A DNA stretch of 64,000 nucleotides from Candidatus Hermodarchaeum yapensis (GCA_016840405.1 JAEOSK010000009.1:26808-90807), one strand, 5' to 3'. Positions 50,700 to 61,602 are shown, counted from the first letter of the stretch. Numbers and translations are program-made. Notes: a model not told the origin generated them from the letters alone.

Positions 50700-50892
50700 C
50701 ATAATTGTGAATTAAGGGGAGAAAGGCGGCTTCGGTTTTTCCATGTCCTGTTGGTGCAATCAGTAAGGCGGACTCACCACTAAGTATCCGTGGAATACTA
50801 CGGACTTGTATTGGTGTTGGAGTTTGAAATCCCTGCTTTTCAAGCTCCTCATAAAGCCGAGAGTCTAGCAAACTAAATATATCTTCAACCAC
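50700..50892 (-). pseudogene. Truncated duplicate of the lhr 5' end
   Basis: IFSLLD..GF..PTPIQ..LLIAPTGHGKTEAAFLP, after which similarity stops. Confidence 0.85.
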
Positions 50893-50994
50893 ACTAAGGC
50901 GCCTCTTATTCGACTAACGAAGGGATGTTTTTAAAACGTTGTTCGTAGAAACCTGTGGTATTATCGTATCTAACCAGGGAGGCTGTTTTCAAGC

Positions 50995-52734
50995 GTGCCA
51001 CTTAAGCTTGCCGAAATTGTGGATTTAATAGTCGATAAATCAGGTAAATCCAAAGATGAAATCCTTCAAATGATCGAAGAAAAAAAGAAGGAACTCGATG
51101 GTTATGTGACAGACGAAGGTGCTGCATCACTTGTAGCACGGGAATTAGATCTCGATCTCTTTGAGAGGCAGCCCACTCCTGAACTGAAACTATCTATTCG
51201 TGACTTAGTTGCAGGAATGACGGGAGTTTCACTGAATCTGAAAGTTGTTCGCATATTCCCAGTTAGGACATTTCAACGAAAACAAGGGGGAGAAGGGAAA
51301 GTTGCCAGTATCATGGGAAGCGATTCGACAGGCTCTATTCGTGTAACTTTCTGGAATGATCATACAAAACCAATAGAAGATCAAGAATTCGATGAAGGTG
51401 ATATCCTACGAGTAATAAATGGCAGAGTAAGAACTGGGCTTCGTGACCAACTGGAAATCCATCTGGGCAGTGGAAGCCGGATAATGATCAACCCACCTGA
51501 TGTTGACGTAAAGGACTTTCCCGAAGTGGCAGTTACTCTAACTCCACTAAAATCTCTAGAAGCGGGAATGAGCGATGTTCATGTCGAATGCGTAATTATT
51601 GCCAAATATCGAGTTTCCACGTTTAGTCGAGGAGACTCTGAGGGAAGCGTAGCAAGCTTGGCAATTCGTGATGAGACAGGTCGTACCAGACTAGTATTAT
51701 GGGACGAACAAAGTGAATGGTTTCAGAAATTATCAGTGAACGATAACATTCGAATAGAAAGCGGATATGTACGAATGGACCGAAATAACGAACCTGAATT
51801 ACATTTAGGTCGTCGTGGACAACTCCGACAACTAAGTGCTACCGACCAACCTCCTGAAAGTCGGCCTTCAGAGCCACAAGCTCTAAAAGATCTAACAGCT
51901 GGTGATTTTCCGAGCGCAGTCGGTGTTGTAGTCATAGAAAACCAAGGTGTACGAACATTCACACGACGTGATGGGCAAGAAGGTAAGCGCCTTGTATTCA
52001 TTTTAGCTGATGAAACAGCCAAAGTTCGTGCGGTTGCTTGGGGTCAGGCTGCTGAAGATCTTGCTGATGTCGAAGTGGGCACCAAACTTCTTTTGGAAGG
52101 AGTTAACTGTCGTGCTGGACTTCGCCAAGAACTTGAAATCCACATTAACGAGTCTTCCCAAGTTACACGCAATCCACCTAATCTTAAAATTAAAAGCCCT
52201 TCAAATGATTTTATCAGTTCAGGAAAGCCTGAGGTGCCTGACCAAATTTTAGCAAATGTGACAGAAGGTAACTTTGTAACTGTACGTGGAACCGTTGTCC
52301 AAGTAATTCATCAAAAATCGGTATATGATTCATGTCCAAAGTGTTTCAAAAAAGTAACAATCAGTAATTCATCAATTACGTGTCCCAAATGTGGTACAAT
52401 TCCTAAATTCGAACCACGATTAATCGCTAAACTCGTCATAGACGATGGAACAGAAAACATTCGTGCTAGTCTTATTGGGGCCTCTGCGGAGAAACTCTTT
52501 GGAATGAGTGGAGAGGATGCCAAATCAATCATTGAGGAATCTGGAAACGAAGATGAACCCGTTCGGCGCGTAGAAGACACTCTGCTTGGAAAGGAACTCA
52601 ATTTATCTGGGCGAATTAATCTGAATAACTTCTCTAACCAGCTAGAACTATCAGTGAATGACGTTTCAGAAGCAGATCCAATTGAGACAGCCAACCAATT
52701 GCTGAGTGATCTTAAACGAAAAGTCCAAAGGTGA
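50995..52734 (+). CDS. rpa: Replication protein A large subunit (multi-OB + Zn finger)
   Basis: Repeated DxTG OB folds; CPKC...CPKC; DDGT. Confidence 0.9.
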   Translation: MPLKLAEIVDLIVDKSGKSKDEILQMIEEKKKELDGYVTDEGAASLVARELDLDLFERQPTPELKLSIRDLVAGMTGVSLNLKVVRIFPVRTFQRKQGGEGKVASIMGSDSTGSIRVTFWNDHTKPIEDQEFDEGDILRVINGRVRTGLRDQLEIHLGSGSRIMINPPDVDVKDFPEVAVTLTPLKSLEAGMSDVHVECVIIAKYRVSTFSRGDSEGSVASLAIRDETGRTRLVLWDEQSEWFQKLSVNDNIRIESGYVRMDRNNEPELHLGRRGQLRQLSATDQPPESRPSEPQALKDLTAGDFPSAVGVVVIENQGVRTFTRRDGQEGKRLVFILADETAKVRAVAWGQAAEDLADVEVGTKLLLEGVNCRAGLRQELEIHINESSQVTRNPPNLKIKSPSNDFISSGKPEVPDQILANVTEGNFVTVRGTVVQVIHQKSVYDSCPKCFKKVTISNSSITCPKCGTIPKFEPRLIAKLVIDDGTENIRASLIGASAEKLFGMSGEDAKSIIEESGNEDEPVRRVEDTLLGKELNLSGRINLNNFSNQLELSVNDVSEADPIETANQLLSDLKRKVQR

Positions 52735-52797
52735 AGTCGTACTAATAATCCTGAGAATTATATAACATGCCATATTACAACTAATGAGGTTAATCAA

Positions 52798-53076
52798 ATG
52801 GGTCGACGACGAAGAAAAACCACTCCCCGACGTCCTATCCGAACAATTCCTTCAATTTTCAATTGTCCTAAATGTGGACGTAATGCTGTCCGTGTTGAGA
52901 TGAACCGAAATATTGGGCAGGCGACAATTCATTGTGGAAACTGTGACGTTCAAGCCACAATAGCCATTACCTCTTTAACAGAACCAGTCGATGTCTATGG
53001 TGAATTTGTTGATATTTGTGCGAACCAACCAACAACAGTCACAAAAGCAACAGATTCCCAACTTTCAACTGAATAG
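52798..53076 (+). CDS. elf1: Transcription elongation factor Elf1
   Basis: MGRRRRK..FNCPKC..CGNC..EPVDVYGEFVD. Confidence 0.9.
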   Translation: MGRRRRKTTPRRPIRTIPSIFNCPKCGRNAVRVEMNRNIGQATIHCGNCDVQATIAITSLTEPVDVYGEFVDICANQPTTVTKATDSQLSTE

Positions 53077-53135
53077 TAAGCTTTTTCATTTTCTGGATTA
53101 CTTACTCCAATCTCTAAACATTATAGAAACCGCTG

Positions 53136-53831
53136 GTGTATATGAAGGTCTGTTGTATCATTCCTGCCTATCAAGAATCCCGTGCCATTGATCAAGTGAT
53201 AACAATTGCGCAGAAGTATTGCACACATGTTGTTGTAGTTGATGATGGTAGTACCGATAACACTGGAAAGATAGCCGAAGCTAACGGTGCAACAGTGCTG
53301 AGGCATCCAACGAATCTTGGAAAAGGAGCAGCATTACGGACTGGTTTTAATTATTCAATAAGAAATCAATATGATGTCATAATTACACTTGATGGCGATC
53401 TACAACATAATCCCCATTCCATCCCACGATTCCTTGAAAAAATCAAACAAGGTTATGACATCATTGTTGGATCACGTTACCAAACGCAATCAAAAGATAT
53501 GCCCTTTGCTCGAAAGTTAAGTAATCTTATCACAACCACCGTTCTCAGAGTGCTCTTCAAAGTTCCCGTTACGGATTCACAATCTGGGTACCGCGCTTTC
53601 AAAAGGAGGGTTTTAGAAACAATTCCTGTTCGTGATAACGGATTCGCTGCCGAGACTGAAATTCTCATCGATGCGCAACGAGCAGGCTTTCTGATTTCTG
53701 AAGTTCCCATCGCCACTAGTTACGGTGAAGAAGAATCAAAAATTCGTGCCGGTCGTGACATCAGTCGGTGGCTAGCAACACTAAGCCAATACCTCTTTTA
53801 TCCCCCTCGTTTCTTGAGCCAAAACGAATAG
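53136..53831 (+). CDS. GT2 glycosyltransferase (dolichol-phosphate sugar synthase-like)
   Basis: IPAYQE, DDGSTD, GKGAA, DGDLQH, DSQSGYR. Confidence 0.88.
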   Translation: MYMKVCCIIPAYQESRAIDQVITIAQKYCTHVVVVDDGSTDNTGKIAEANGATVLRHPTNLGKGAALRTGFNYSIRNQYDVIITLDGDLQHNPHSIPRFLEKIKQGYDIIVGSRYQTQSKDMPFARKLSNLITTTVLRVLFKVPVTDSQSGYRAFKRRVLETIPVRDNGFAAETEILIDAQRAGFLISEVPIATSYGEEESKIRAGRDISRWLATLSQYLFYPPRFLSQNE

Positions 53832-54775
53832 ATGAACAAAGCCATCCCAACAATTAACACCAAAGAAACAATGAAAATCAAGAAAAGTGTGGTGTCCTGG
53901 ACAAAGGATGCAGACAACCAGTTGAATATATTCAGCCACAAAATGGAATTATCCCGAGACTGGAACCAACTCTGGTTAGTACCGATACATGACGTATCAG
54001 AAAACATTGTATTTGAAGTACACAAGACTACTCGAGAGCTGTTAACCCAAAAAGCCGCTAACCAGCCAGGTTGACTATGAATGGCTTCTTCATTAATATT
54101 AACGGCTTGTGAGGTTTCAGCACCTGTTGAAATGATTAAACCTGAGGTCTGTTCTGTCAGTGAACCACCTGCCACCATCACCGAATTGATATTCACACCG
54201 ATGGTTGCACGAAGCGGGTCTAAAGTAATGAATGACTGATTAACTTGAATATTATATGGTAAAAGTAGTGAATTATTTAGATCGTATATTGCATCGCCTT
54301 GTATGTCATCGCCTTCGATAACTGTAGAAAATTGAATAAGTGGTTCAGAAATTCCTTGAAGAATCTCATTTAGTACCACAGGATTTCCAATACGCCTATT
54401 TGCAATCTGAAAATCACATAATAGGAATAAAGAACCTCCTCTGTTCACAAAATTGCTAATGACCTCTAGTTCTGCGGTGGTGTACTCTTTTCCTGGATTT
54501 GAAATAACGAGAATATGTGAACGTGTTAGATTCTCTGCAGATAATTCACCCTCAGTTAGAATCCGTACGAAATATTCAGGCCGATTACTAAGAACATCAA
54601 CAGCTTCTGTGAAATTCTGGTTCGCTGGGCTGAATAGTTGATCATGGCCAAAATCAAAAACAATTGTAATTTGACCTTCTTCACTTTGCGAGGCTACACT
54701 TCTCTTTGGGAATACAAGTACCAAAAGGAAAATCATTAGTCCGACAATGATTTTTTGGCGAGACGTAAGAACCAT
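53798..54775 (-). CDS. Secreted, C-terminally anchored GATase-like-fold protein
   Basis: Signal peptide, VFDFGH, FVNRGGSL, C-terminal TM plus KKRGG. Confidence 0.65.
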   Translation of the reverse strand: MVLTSRQKIIVGLMIFLLVLVFPKRSVASQSEEGQITIVFDFGHDQLFSPANQNFTEAVDVLSNRPEYFVRILTEGELSAENLTRSHILVISNPGKEYTTAELEVISNFVNRGGSLFLLCDFQIANRRIGNPVVLNEILQGISEPLIQFSTVIEGDDIQGDAIYDLNNSLLLPYNIQVNQSFITLDPLRATIGVNINSVMVAGGSLTEQTSGLIISTGAETSQAVNINEEAIHSQPGWLAAFWVNSSRVVLCTSNTMFSDTSCIGTNQSWFQSRDNSILWLNIFNWLSASFVQDTTLFLIFIVSLVLIVGMALFIYSFWLKKRGG

Positions 54776-54944
54776 CTAACGGATTCACCTGCATGTGATA
54801 GGCTGATTTGACAAGTATTAAACTTTAAAGCCTTTTCCCAATCGGAGGAAGTTCACCTGTTCTCGTTCTTGGTGAGTCAAAAGAGTGAGATGTAGCTGGT
54901 TATGCCCAAACGCATAAGAGTCACCGTCATATCCGAATAAGGTA

Positions 54945-55646
54945 ATGGCAATTCCTATTGTCACCACCGAAGTTCAGCGTAAAATTTTCCATTCACTAAT
55001 GATTTTAGTTGCTTTAGTAAATTGGATTGGAATTCAATTCTTTGGACTTTTGTATGGTTCGCTTTTGTCCATCGGGTTTACAGGAATTTCACTAGTCTTC
55101 TTCATAGGCTTTGATTTCACACGAGTCCGAGTGTATGGTTATTTTCCCTTCAGACGTATTACTGACCGTGTGATGCGACCAAGAGAACGGACCAGATTCG
55201 GTGCCAGTGTTTACTTTGCAGTCGGTTCTCTACTAATCTTTATTACGCTCTACCTTCTTGGCCACATCCTGCTAAATTGGTTTCATTTTTCCGCTATATG
55301 GATGCTTTCAGGGTGGCTATCCGTTACCGCAGTTATGGTAGCTGCAATTGGTGATGGGGCTGCTGCCATTATTGGAATGAGGTTCGGACGCCGTCGAATT
55401 AAAGGTAACCGTACTCTTGAAGGTGCAATTGGTGGGTTTTTCTTTGGTTTCCTAGCATTTCTCCCTCTTTGGTATTTCATTGGTGTTCCATTGATTTTTG
55501 GAATTATCGCGGCAACCATTTTACTAATCGTTGATTTTGTTGCCTCTCCAATTGATGACAATTTACTAAATCCCATAGCAATTGGAATAACTTTAGCACT
55601 CTTTGAAATAATATTTGTAATCCTCTTTTTCACGGGGTTGGGGTAA
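54945..55646 (+). CDS. CTP-dependent polyprenol/dolichol/diacylglycerol kinase family
   Basis: RKIFH, IGDGAAAIIG..FG, RTLEG, DDNL. Confidence 0.85.
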   Translation: MAIPIVTTEVQRKIFHSLMILVALVNWIGIQFFGLLYGSLLSIGFTGISLVFFIGFDFTRVRVYGYFPFRRITDRVMRPRERTRFGASVYFAVGSLLIFITLYLLGHILLNWFHFSAIWMLSGWLSVTAVMVAAIGDGAAAIIGMRFGRRRIKGNRTLEGAIGGFFFGFLAFLPLWYFIGVPLIFGIIAATILLIVDFVASPIDDNLLNPIAIGITLALFEIIFVILFFTGLG

Positions 55647-58600
55647 ATGGAATTTCAGGAATCCTACAAAACATCCCTCAAAGAAGAAGTTCAACGGCTC
55701 GCGCAGGTAGCCAATGAAGCACGAAGTAAAGGTTTGGACCCAACCCGTGAGGTAGAAATGCGTCCAGCTGATGACGTGGCAGGACGTGTGGAAGGCTTAG
55801 TAGGACCGGTTGGTGTGGCTGAACGGATACGATATCTAAGCGACACCGAACCCTCTCATAGCATTGCTTTTACTGTAGCCCGTGAAATTATCCAAGGCGC
55901 TCAAACTAATGGGTGGGATCTTGAAAACGCGGCTGAGCAAGCAATTCGCACAGCATTAGCAATTATTACAGAAGGAATTACCGCTGGACCGATTGAAGGT
56001 ATAGCCTCAGTGAAAATAAAAACAAATATCGATGGCAGTAGATACCTAGCCGTCTATTTTGCTGGACCCATCAGGGCGGCCGGGGGCACAGAAGGCGCCC
56101 AAATACTCCTCGTTGCAGATTCAGTGAGACAACAGCTCGATTTAGATCGCTATAAACCCTCCACTGAAAATGTTGAAAGATATGTTGAAGAAGTCGATTT
56201 GTATAATCGCATATCCCACCTGCAATTTCCTTCTAAACCCGAAGAAGTAAGACTTGTGGCAAAAAACCTCCCCGTTGAAGTTACAGGTGAACCTACGGCT
56301 GAAGCAGAGGTAACTGGATACCGTGATTTACCCGGTGTTGAAACAAATCGGCTGCGAGGAGGCGCGATTCTCGTCCTAAATGATAGCGTCTTAGGCAAAG
56401 CACATAAATTGGTCAACCTTGTCGAGTCGCTCTCGCTCCCAGGATGGGGCTGGTTAGAAAACCTAGCCCCTAGCGAATCAGATGAAAACATGATCGAAAA
56501 ACGCATCCAACCCAACGAGAAATATCTTGAAGATATTATTGCAGGACGACCTGTGTTATCATATCCGTCAAGAAAGGGAGGGTTTCGTGTTAGATACGGG
56601 CGGTCGCGAAACACTGGTCTATCAGCACTTGGTGTTCATCCTGCAACAATGGTGATACTTGATAATTTCATTGCCTGCGGAACTCAACTAATTATTGAAC
56701 GACCGGGAAAGGGTTGCGTGGCGATGCCTGTCGACACCATCCACGGACCAATAGTTAAATTGTACAATGGAAGCATTGTCCGCGTTGATACTGTTGAAGA
56801 AGCAAAGCGAATCCACGATGCCATAGCAAAAATATTATTTCTAGGCGACCTACTGATCGGCTTTGGGGAATTTCGTGAGAATAATCATCTAATTGTTCCA
56901 GCCGGCTATTGTCCTGAATGGTGGGCTCAAGAGGCACTAGGAGGGTTTATAGTTGCTTCGAGTGCCCAACTTGAAAAACTTTTGAAAACTATTGATAAAA
57001 CCAGTTTTTCACGAGTGCTCTATGATCCGCTACAGAGTTATCCAGATCCTTGGCAAGCTCTCGCAATCTCATCTCATCTCGCCGTTCCTTTGCATCCAAG
57101 ATACGTCTATTTCTGGGAAGAGCTTTCATTCGAACAATTACAAGTCTTACAAAAATGGGTCCAACATCTTACTCCTGAAAATGATGAGTCTCGAGTTACT
57201 AGCCTTTACGGCTCCTTAGATACAGAAATTGAAGAAATTCTCGACTCTCTTTGTATACCCTGCCAGATATCTAATAATTCCGTTCGATTTGATGAAGCGG
57301 CTCCAATACTCTACGAGCTTTTTTTGAGCGAAAATCAATGTAAGTTTTCCTCTGAAATTGAAAATGCAACAGATGCATTAAGTTACATTCAAGCCAATTG
57401 GGTAATTCCGCTCCGCTCTAAAGGGACATTCTATATTGGAGCCCGAATTGGGCGTCCTGAAAAAGCCAAACGCCGAGAAATGTCACCTCCTCCAAACGGG
57501 ATATTTCCTGTAGGTGATGCCGGTGGCCCTATGAGGGATTTACGGAAAGCCGAGAAAAAGAACCTTGTAAAAGTTGAAGTAAATTATCGCCAGTGCCCAA
57601 GATGTGGAGATAAGACCTTTCTCCGAATCTGTCAGGACTGCGGAATCGAAACAGAGCAAATGCATTGGTGTTCAAGTTGCAATCAGGATGTTAACACAGA
57701 ATCTTGCCCAACGTGCCAAAACTTAACGACTTCATACAGACCGATTGAACTCTCAATAAAAGAACAACTAAGTCGCGCACGAAAACAATTTGGTGGAAGA
57801 CTTCCAGAGCGAATAAAAGGCGTAAAGGGGTTAATGAGCAAAAACAAAGTCCCTGAACTTCTTGAAAAAGCAATCCTCCGAGCCCGTTACGATCTCTTCG
57901 TCTACAAAGACGGCACAATCCGATTTGATATGACTGATGCCCCCCTCACACACTTCAAACCCTGCGAAATCAGTGTTTCACCCGACATCCTCCAAAAACT
58001 CGGATACCACTTCGATCAAAACGGCACCCCTCTCACATCAGAAAACCAAATCCTTGAACTCAAAACCCAAGATATCATCATCACCTTCGACTGCGCCAAA
58101 TACCTCCACCGCATCTCCCAATTCATCGACGACCTCCTCGTCAACGTCTACAACCTCAAACCCTACTACAACCTCCAATCACCCAACGACCTCGTCGGAC
58201 ACCTCGCCGTCGGACTCGCCCCGCACACATCCGCCGGTATCATCGGACGCATCATCGGATTCACCCCCCTCCGCGTCTGCTACGCCCACCCCTTCTGGCA
58301 CGCCGCAAAAAGACGCAACTGCCTCCAAGCGGACGAAGAGATTCTTATCTGGGATACTCATGAGGAAAAACTCCTCAAACTCCCCCTTGGTCACATCGTT
58401 GAAGAACTCCTTGAAAAGGGAACACCAAACGAGATTGTCGACGACTTCGGTACACTTGCTATCGATAACCCCTACCATCATTGGCGTACAATCAGCTTAG
58501 ACCCCACAACCCGACAACCCATATATCAACCCATCAAACACTGGATCAAAGGTTCCAGCCACCACTGGCTCAAAGTCACCACCCGCTCCGGACGCACCAT

Positions 58601-60743
58601 CACCATGACCCCCGATCACAATGCTATGGTCTGGAATCCACACACAGAAACCATCGAACGTATCAAAGCCCACCAACTCAACCTCGGTGACCAGATTCCC
58701 ATCCTATCTTCAATCGCCGTTCCTGAGAAAAATCCACCCAACGCAATCAACGTTCTTCAAGAACTAGCCCAGGGTCTACCAGCCACAGAAAAATTCCAAA
58801 CCTTCAAACACCAAACTCGACTAAGAAATGCCGATCAATGGATGCGAACTAAACTCCAACGATTTGCCTACTCTAAAACTAACCATCCAAAGCACACACC
58901 AAAAGATACACTCGGTCCTCGAAAAATCAACAAAGTGCTCCAAGACTACTTTGCCTCTAAAATCCCCCGCAGACGCCAAACACGTCTTTTTACTCAAGCC
59001 TGGTACACCTCCATCCCACTCACCCACCTTGAAATTCTCGAACGCGAAGGCGTCTTCCAATGGCACGAAATACCCCCCACTGCCCGACTCGGCATTGCCC
59101 GCGACGAACACACCATCGCCCCCTACATAACCTTCAACTCAAATTTTGTCCGCCTCCTCGGCTACTACATCTCCGAAGGATACATCCGCGAAAAACCCAC
59201 CTGCTACCAAACCAACTTCAGTCTCCCCCACCCCGCCCTTCGAACACACCTACGACACCTCATCCAAACCGTCCTCGGAACAGATCCCTACTACATCCAA
59301 GACAACGACCAACTCATCCACACCGGACGCATCCACGCCTACCTCTTCGCATACGCATGGAAAATGGGGACTAACGCTTATACTAAGAGGCTTCCTGATT
59401 TTATTTACTCATTAAATGAGAAGTTAAGGTTAGAGTTCCTATCTGCTTATATTGATGGTGATGGAAGCATACCTGCAACGGATAGCTGTATTTTGTTCTA
59501 TTCGGTATCGCAAAAATTGCTTGAAGATGTTGGGCTTCTACTTAGCACGTTAGGTGTATTTTATAGATACCGAAAAGATCTACCTCCGGGTCGTTATGGG
59601 CCTCGTGTTCTAGCCAGGTATAAGGAGCTAGGTAAAACACCGAAAAAGCAGGTTGTACGCCGAATTTCAGTAAGGGGTCCTGACCTTCTGATTCTTGAAA
59701 GATTAACTTTGATGCATCCCTTTAGACAGAAAAATGCTCAAAGAATTTTAGCTAAAGGCGTTCCGGTCGATCGTGTAATAAGAACTTCTGATGGAACGCG
59801 GCACACATTAGGAGGAATATCAAAAACTGTATTTGATGTTGTGGGGGAGATTCAGTTACTAAACAAGGAAATGCCCTCTTATTGCTTAAGCGTTACTCCA
59901 GAAAATACTAATAATCTTCTTTATAAGAATATACATACGTCTATTTGTATAACTGGGAATTGCGACGGCGATGAAGATAGTGTGTTGCTTGCGTTGGATC
60001 CGATGATTAATTTTTCTCGTGAGTATCTTCCGACGACTCGGGGTGGGACGATGGATACGCCGTTAGTGTTGAGTGTGACGATTTCACCGAAGGAAATTGA
60101 TGATGAGGCGCATAACATTGATGGGAGTGGGATTTATCCGCTGGAATTTTATGAACGAGCGTTGCATTTTGTTGACCCCAAAGATGTTGAGGACATTCTG
60201 GATTTGGTAGCCCATCGTGTTGTCGACCACCGGATTGAACCTATCGCCGAATCGTATGGGTTGCATTACTCGCATCCAACCTGTGACGTAAATTATGGAC
60301 CCCGAGAGACTACCTATTCCAAATTGAATACAATGCAAGAAAAGGTGGAAAGACAGCTAGCACTAGGGCAACGTATTGCTGCGGTTGATGCTCAAGATAT
60401 GGCTCGGCGGCTTTTGGACTCTCATTTCCTTCCAGATATTTATGGAAACTTGCGAGCTTTCTCGACACAGAAATTAAGATGCACAGGATGTAACGAGAAA
60501 TATCGCCGTGCACCATTATCCGGTAGCTGTTCAAAATGCGAAGGAAAACTGGTGTTAACAGTTACAAAAGCTGGGATTACCAAATATATTGATTTAGCAA
60601 CCAAAATTATCAAAGACAATAATTTACCACGTTATTACCAACAGCGAATTGATATCGCAAAAAGAATGATTAACTCACTATTTCCTCCTGATGAAGATAT
60701 TCACCAAACGACTTTGAAGGGGTTCACCCCTTCAAACCCATAA
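55647..60743 (+). CDS. polD2: DNA polymerase D large subunit DP2, intein-containing
   Basis: AGPIRAAGGT, RYGRSRN, KRRN|intein|CDGDED. Confidence 0.96.
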   Translation: MEFQESYKTSLKEEVQRLAQVANEARSKGLDPTREVEMRPADDVAGRVEGLVGPVGVAERIRYLSDTEPSHSIAFTVAREIIQGAQTNGWDLENAAEQAIRTALAIITEGITAGPIEGIASVKIKTNIDGSRYLAVYFAGPIRAAGGTEGAQILLVADSVRQQLDLDRYKPSTENVERYVEEVDLYNRISHLQFPSKPEEVRLVAKNLPVEVTGEPTAEAEVTGYRDLPGVETNRLRGGAILVLNDSVLGKAHKLVNLVESLSLPGWGWLENLAPSESDENMIEKRIQPNEKYLEDIIAGRPVLSYPSRKGGFRVRYGRSRNTGLSALGVHPATMVILDNFIACGTQLIIERPGKGCVAMPVDTIHGPIVKLYNGSIVRVDTVEEAKRIHDAIAKILFLGDLLIGFGEFRENNHLIVPAGYCPEWWAQEALGGFIVASSAQLEKLLKTIDKTSFSRVLYDPLQSYPDPWQALAISSHLAVPLHPRYVYFWEELSFEQLQVLQKWVQHLTPENDESRVTSLYGSLDTEIEEILDSLCIPCQISNNSVRFDEAAPILYELFLSENQCKFSSEIENATDALSYIQANWVIPLRSKGTFYIGARIGRPEKAKRREMSPPPNGIFPVGDAGGPMRDLRKAEKKNLVKVEVNYRQCPRCGDKTFLRICQDCGIETEQMHWCSSCNQDVNTESCPTCQNLTTSYRPIELSIKEQLSRARKQFGGRLPERIKGVKGLMSKNKVPELLEKAILRARYDLFVYKDGTIRFDMTDAPLTHFKPCEISVSPDILQKLGYHFDQNGTPLTSENQILELKTQDIIITFDCAKYLHRISQFIDDLLVNVYNLKPYYNLQSPNDLVGHLAVGLAPHTSAGIIGRIIGFTPLRVCYAHPFWHAAKRRNCLQADEEILIWDTHEEKLLKLPLGHIVEELLEKGTPNEIVDDFGTLAIDNPYHHWRTISLDPTTRQPIYQPIKHWIKGSSHHWLKVTTRSGRTITMTPDHNAMVWNPHTETIERIKAHQLNLGDQIPILSSIAVPEKNPPNAINVLQELAQGLPATEKFQTFKHQTRLRNADQWMRTKLQRFAYSKTNHPKHTPKDTLGPRKINKVLQDYFASKIPRRRQTRLFTQAWYTSIPLTHLEILEREGVFQWHEIPPTARLGIARDEHTIAPYITFNSNFVRLLGYYISEGYIREKPTCYQTNFSLPHPALRTHLRHLIQTVLGTDPYYIQDNDQLIHTGRIHAYLFAYAWKMGTNAYTKRLPDFIYSLNEKLRLEFLSAYIDGDGSIPATDSCILFYSVSQKLLEDVGLLLSTLGVFYRYRKDLPPGRYGPRVLARYKELGKTPKKQVVRRISVRGPDLLILERLTLMHPFRQKNAQRILAKGVPVDRVIRTSDGTRHTLGGISKTVFDVVGEIQLLNKEMPSYCLSVTPENTNNLLYKNIHTSICITGNCDGDEDSVLLALDPMINFSREYLPTTRGGTMDTPLVLSVTISPKEIDDEAHNIDGSGIYPLEFYERALHFVDPKDVEDILDLVAHRVVDHRIEPIAESYGLHYSHPTCDVNYGPRETTYSKLNTMQEKVERQLALGQRIAAVDAQDMARRLLDSHFLPDIYGNLRAFSTQKLRCTGCNEKYRRAPLSGSCSKCEGKLVLTVTKAGITKYIDLATKIIKDNNLPRYYQQRIDIAKRMINSLFPPDEDIHQTTLKGFTPSNP
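58320..59960 (+). mobile_element. Intein in the DP2 catalytic motif (547 aa) with LAGLIDADG domain
   Basis: CLQADEE...ITGN/CDGDED; LLGYYISEG and FLSAYIDGDG. Confidence 0.93.
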
Positions 60744-60753
60744 TTTAGATACC

Positions 60754-61602
60754 TTATTTTTCTGCGAGTAATAGAATGCGCAGAAGGTCTTTATCACGAA
60801 TCATGCCGCCCAGCTCTCCTTCAGCGCTAGTGATTGGAAGCTGATCAATATCATGACGCCGCATACTTTTGGTGGTTTCACCAATTGTGGAATGTTCGTA
60901 TGTCGTGATGATTCTCCCAACCATTACATCTGAAACTGGTTTATCTGGAAGCTGTAATTCATTCGTAGTAATGTATAGTACCGTTGTTGCATCCCAAGAC
61001 CAATCCGTTCCCTCACTAGCCGCAGAAACAGATGTTGACCGACGTTCTTGAACGATTTCACTGAGATTCATTATATCGCTAACTGAAATTATACCGACCA
61101 AATCACCTTTTTCCGAAATAACTGGTAGGACATCAGTCGATGCCAATCTCATTATTGTATACGCCGCTTTGAGAGGTGTTTTTTCCCAAATGGCTGTGGT
61201 TTTTCGTTCTACGAAGGGAGTGATTAGTTCATCAGCGTATTGCACACTGACAACCTTACGTATTATTTGGTGTACCGTTATCATGCCCTTCAGTCGGCGT
61301 TTCGAATCAACTACGGGTAATCGTCGAATTCCTTTTTCAAGAAGAATTCGCACTGCGTCTTCAATTTCGTTACTTTGTGCAATAACAGGGGGATTTCTAT
61401 CCATTAAAAGTGCTAATTGGCCTTCGTCAGGTTTTCGCATTAAGTCAAGGCGTGATACCATTCCAGCCAATTCTTCGGTATCTTTTTTCACTAAAGGAAT
61501 GGCGGTTTTTCCATGCTCGGACATGATTTGGAGTACGGTGTCACGGTTGCCGGGAACTGAAGCCCTAGCAAATTCCGTCTTCATTACCTCTTTGACTTTC
61601 AT
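60754..61602 (-). CDS. CBS-domain protein (4 CBS)
   Basis: IRRLPVVD, LPVIS, IDQLP, WSWD. Confidence 0.88.
   Translation of the reverse strand: MKVKEVMKTEFARASVPGNRDTVLQIMSEHGKTAIPLVKKDTEELAGMVSRLDLMRKPDEGQLALLMDRNPPVIAQSNEIEDAVRILLEKGIRRLPVVDSKRRLKGMITVHQIIRKVVSVQYADELITPFVERKTTAIWEKTPLKAAYTIMRLASTDVLPVISEKGDLVGIISVSDIMNLSEIVQERRSTSVSAASEGTDWSWDATTVLYITTNELQLPDKPVSDVMVGRIITTYEHSTIGETTKSMRRHDIDQLPITSAEGELGGMIRDKDLLRILLLAEK

Noticed and set aside
57937-59415. Ser/Thr/Pro/His-rich alternative-frame ORFs inside polD2
   Set aside because: Artefacts of the C/A-rich patch, which suppresses stop codons.
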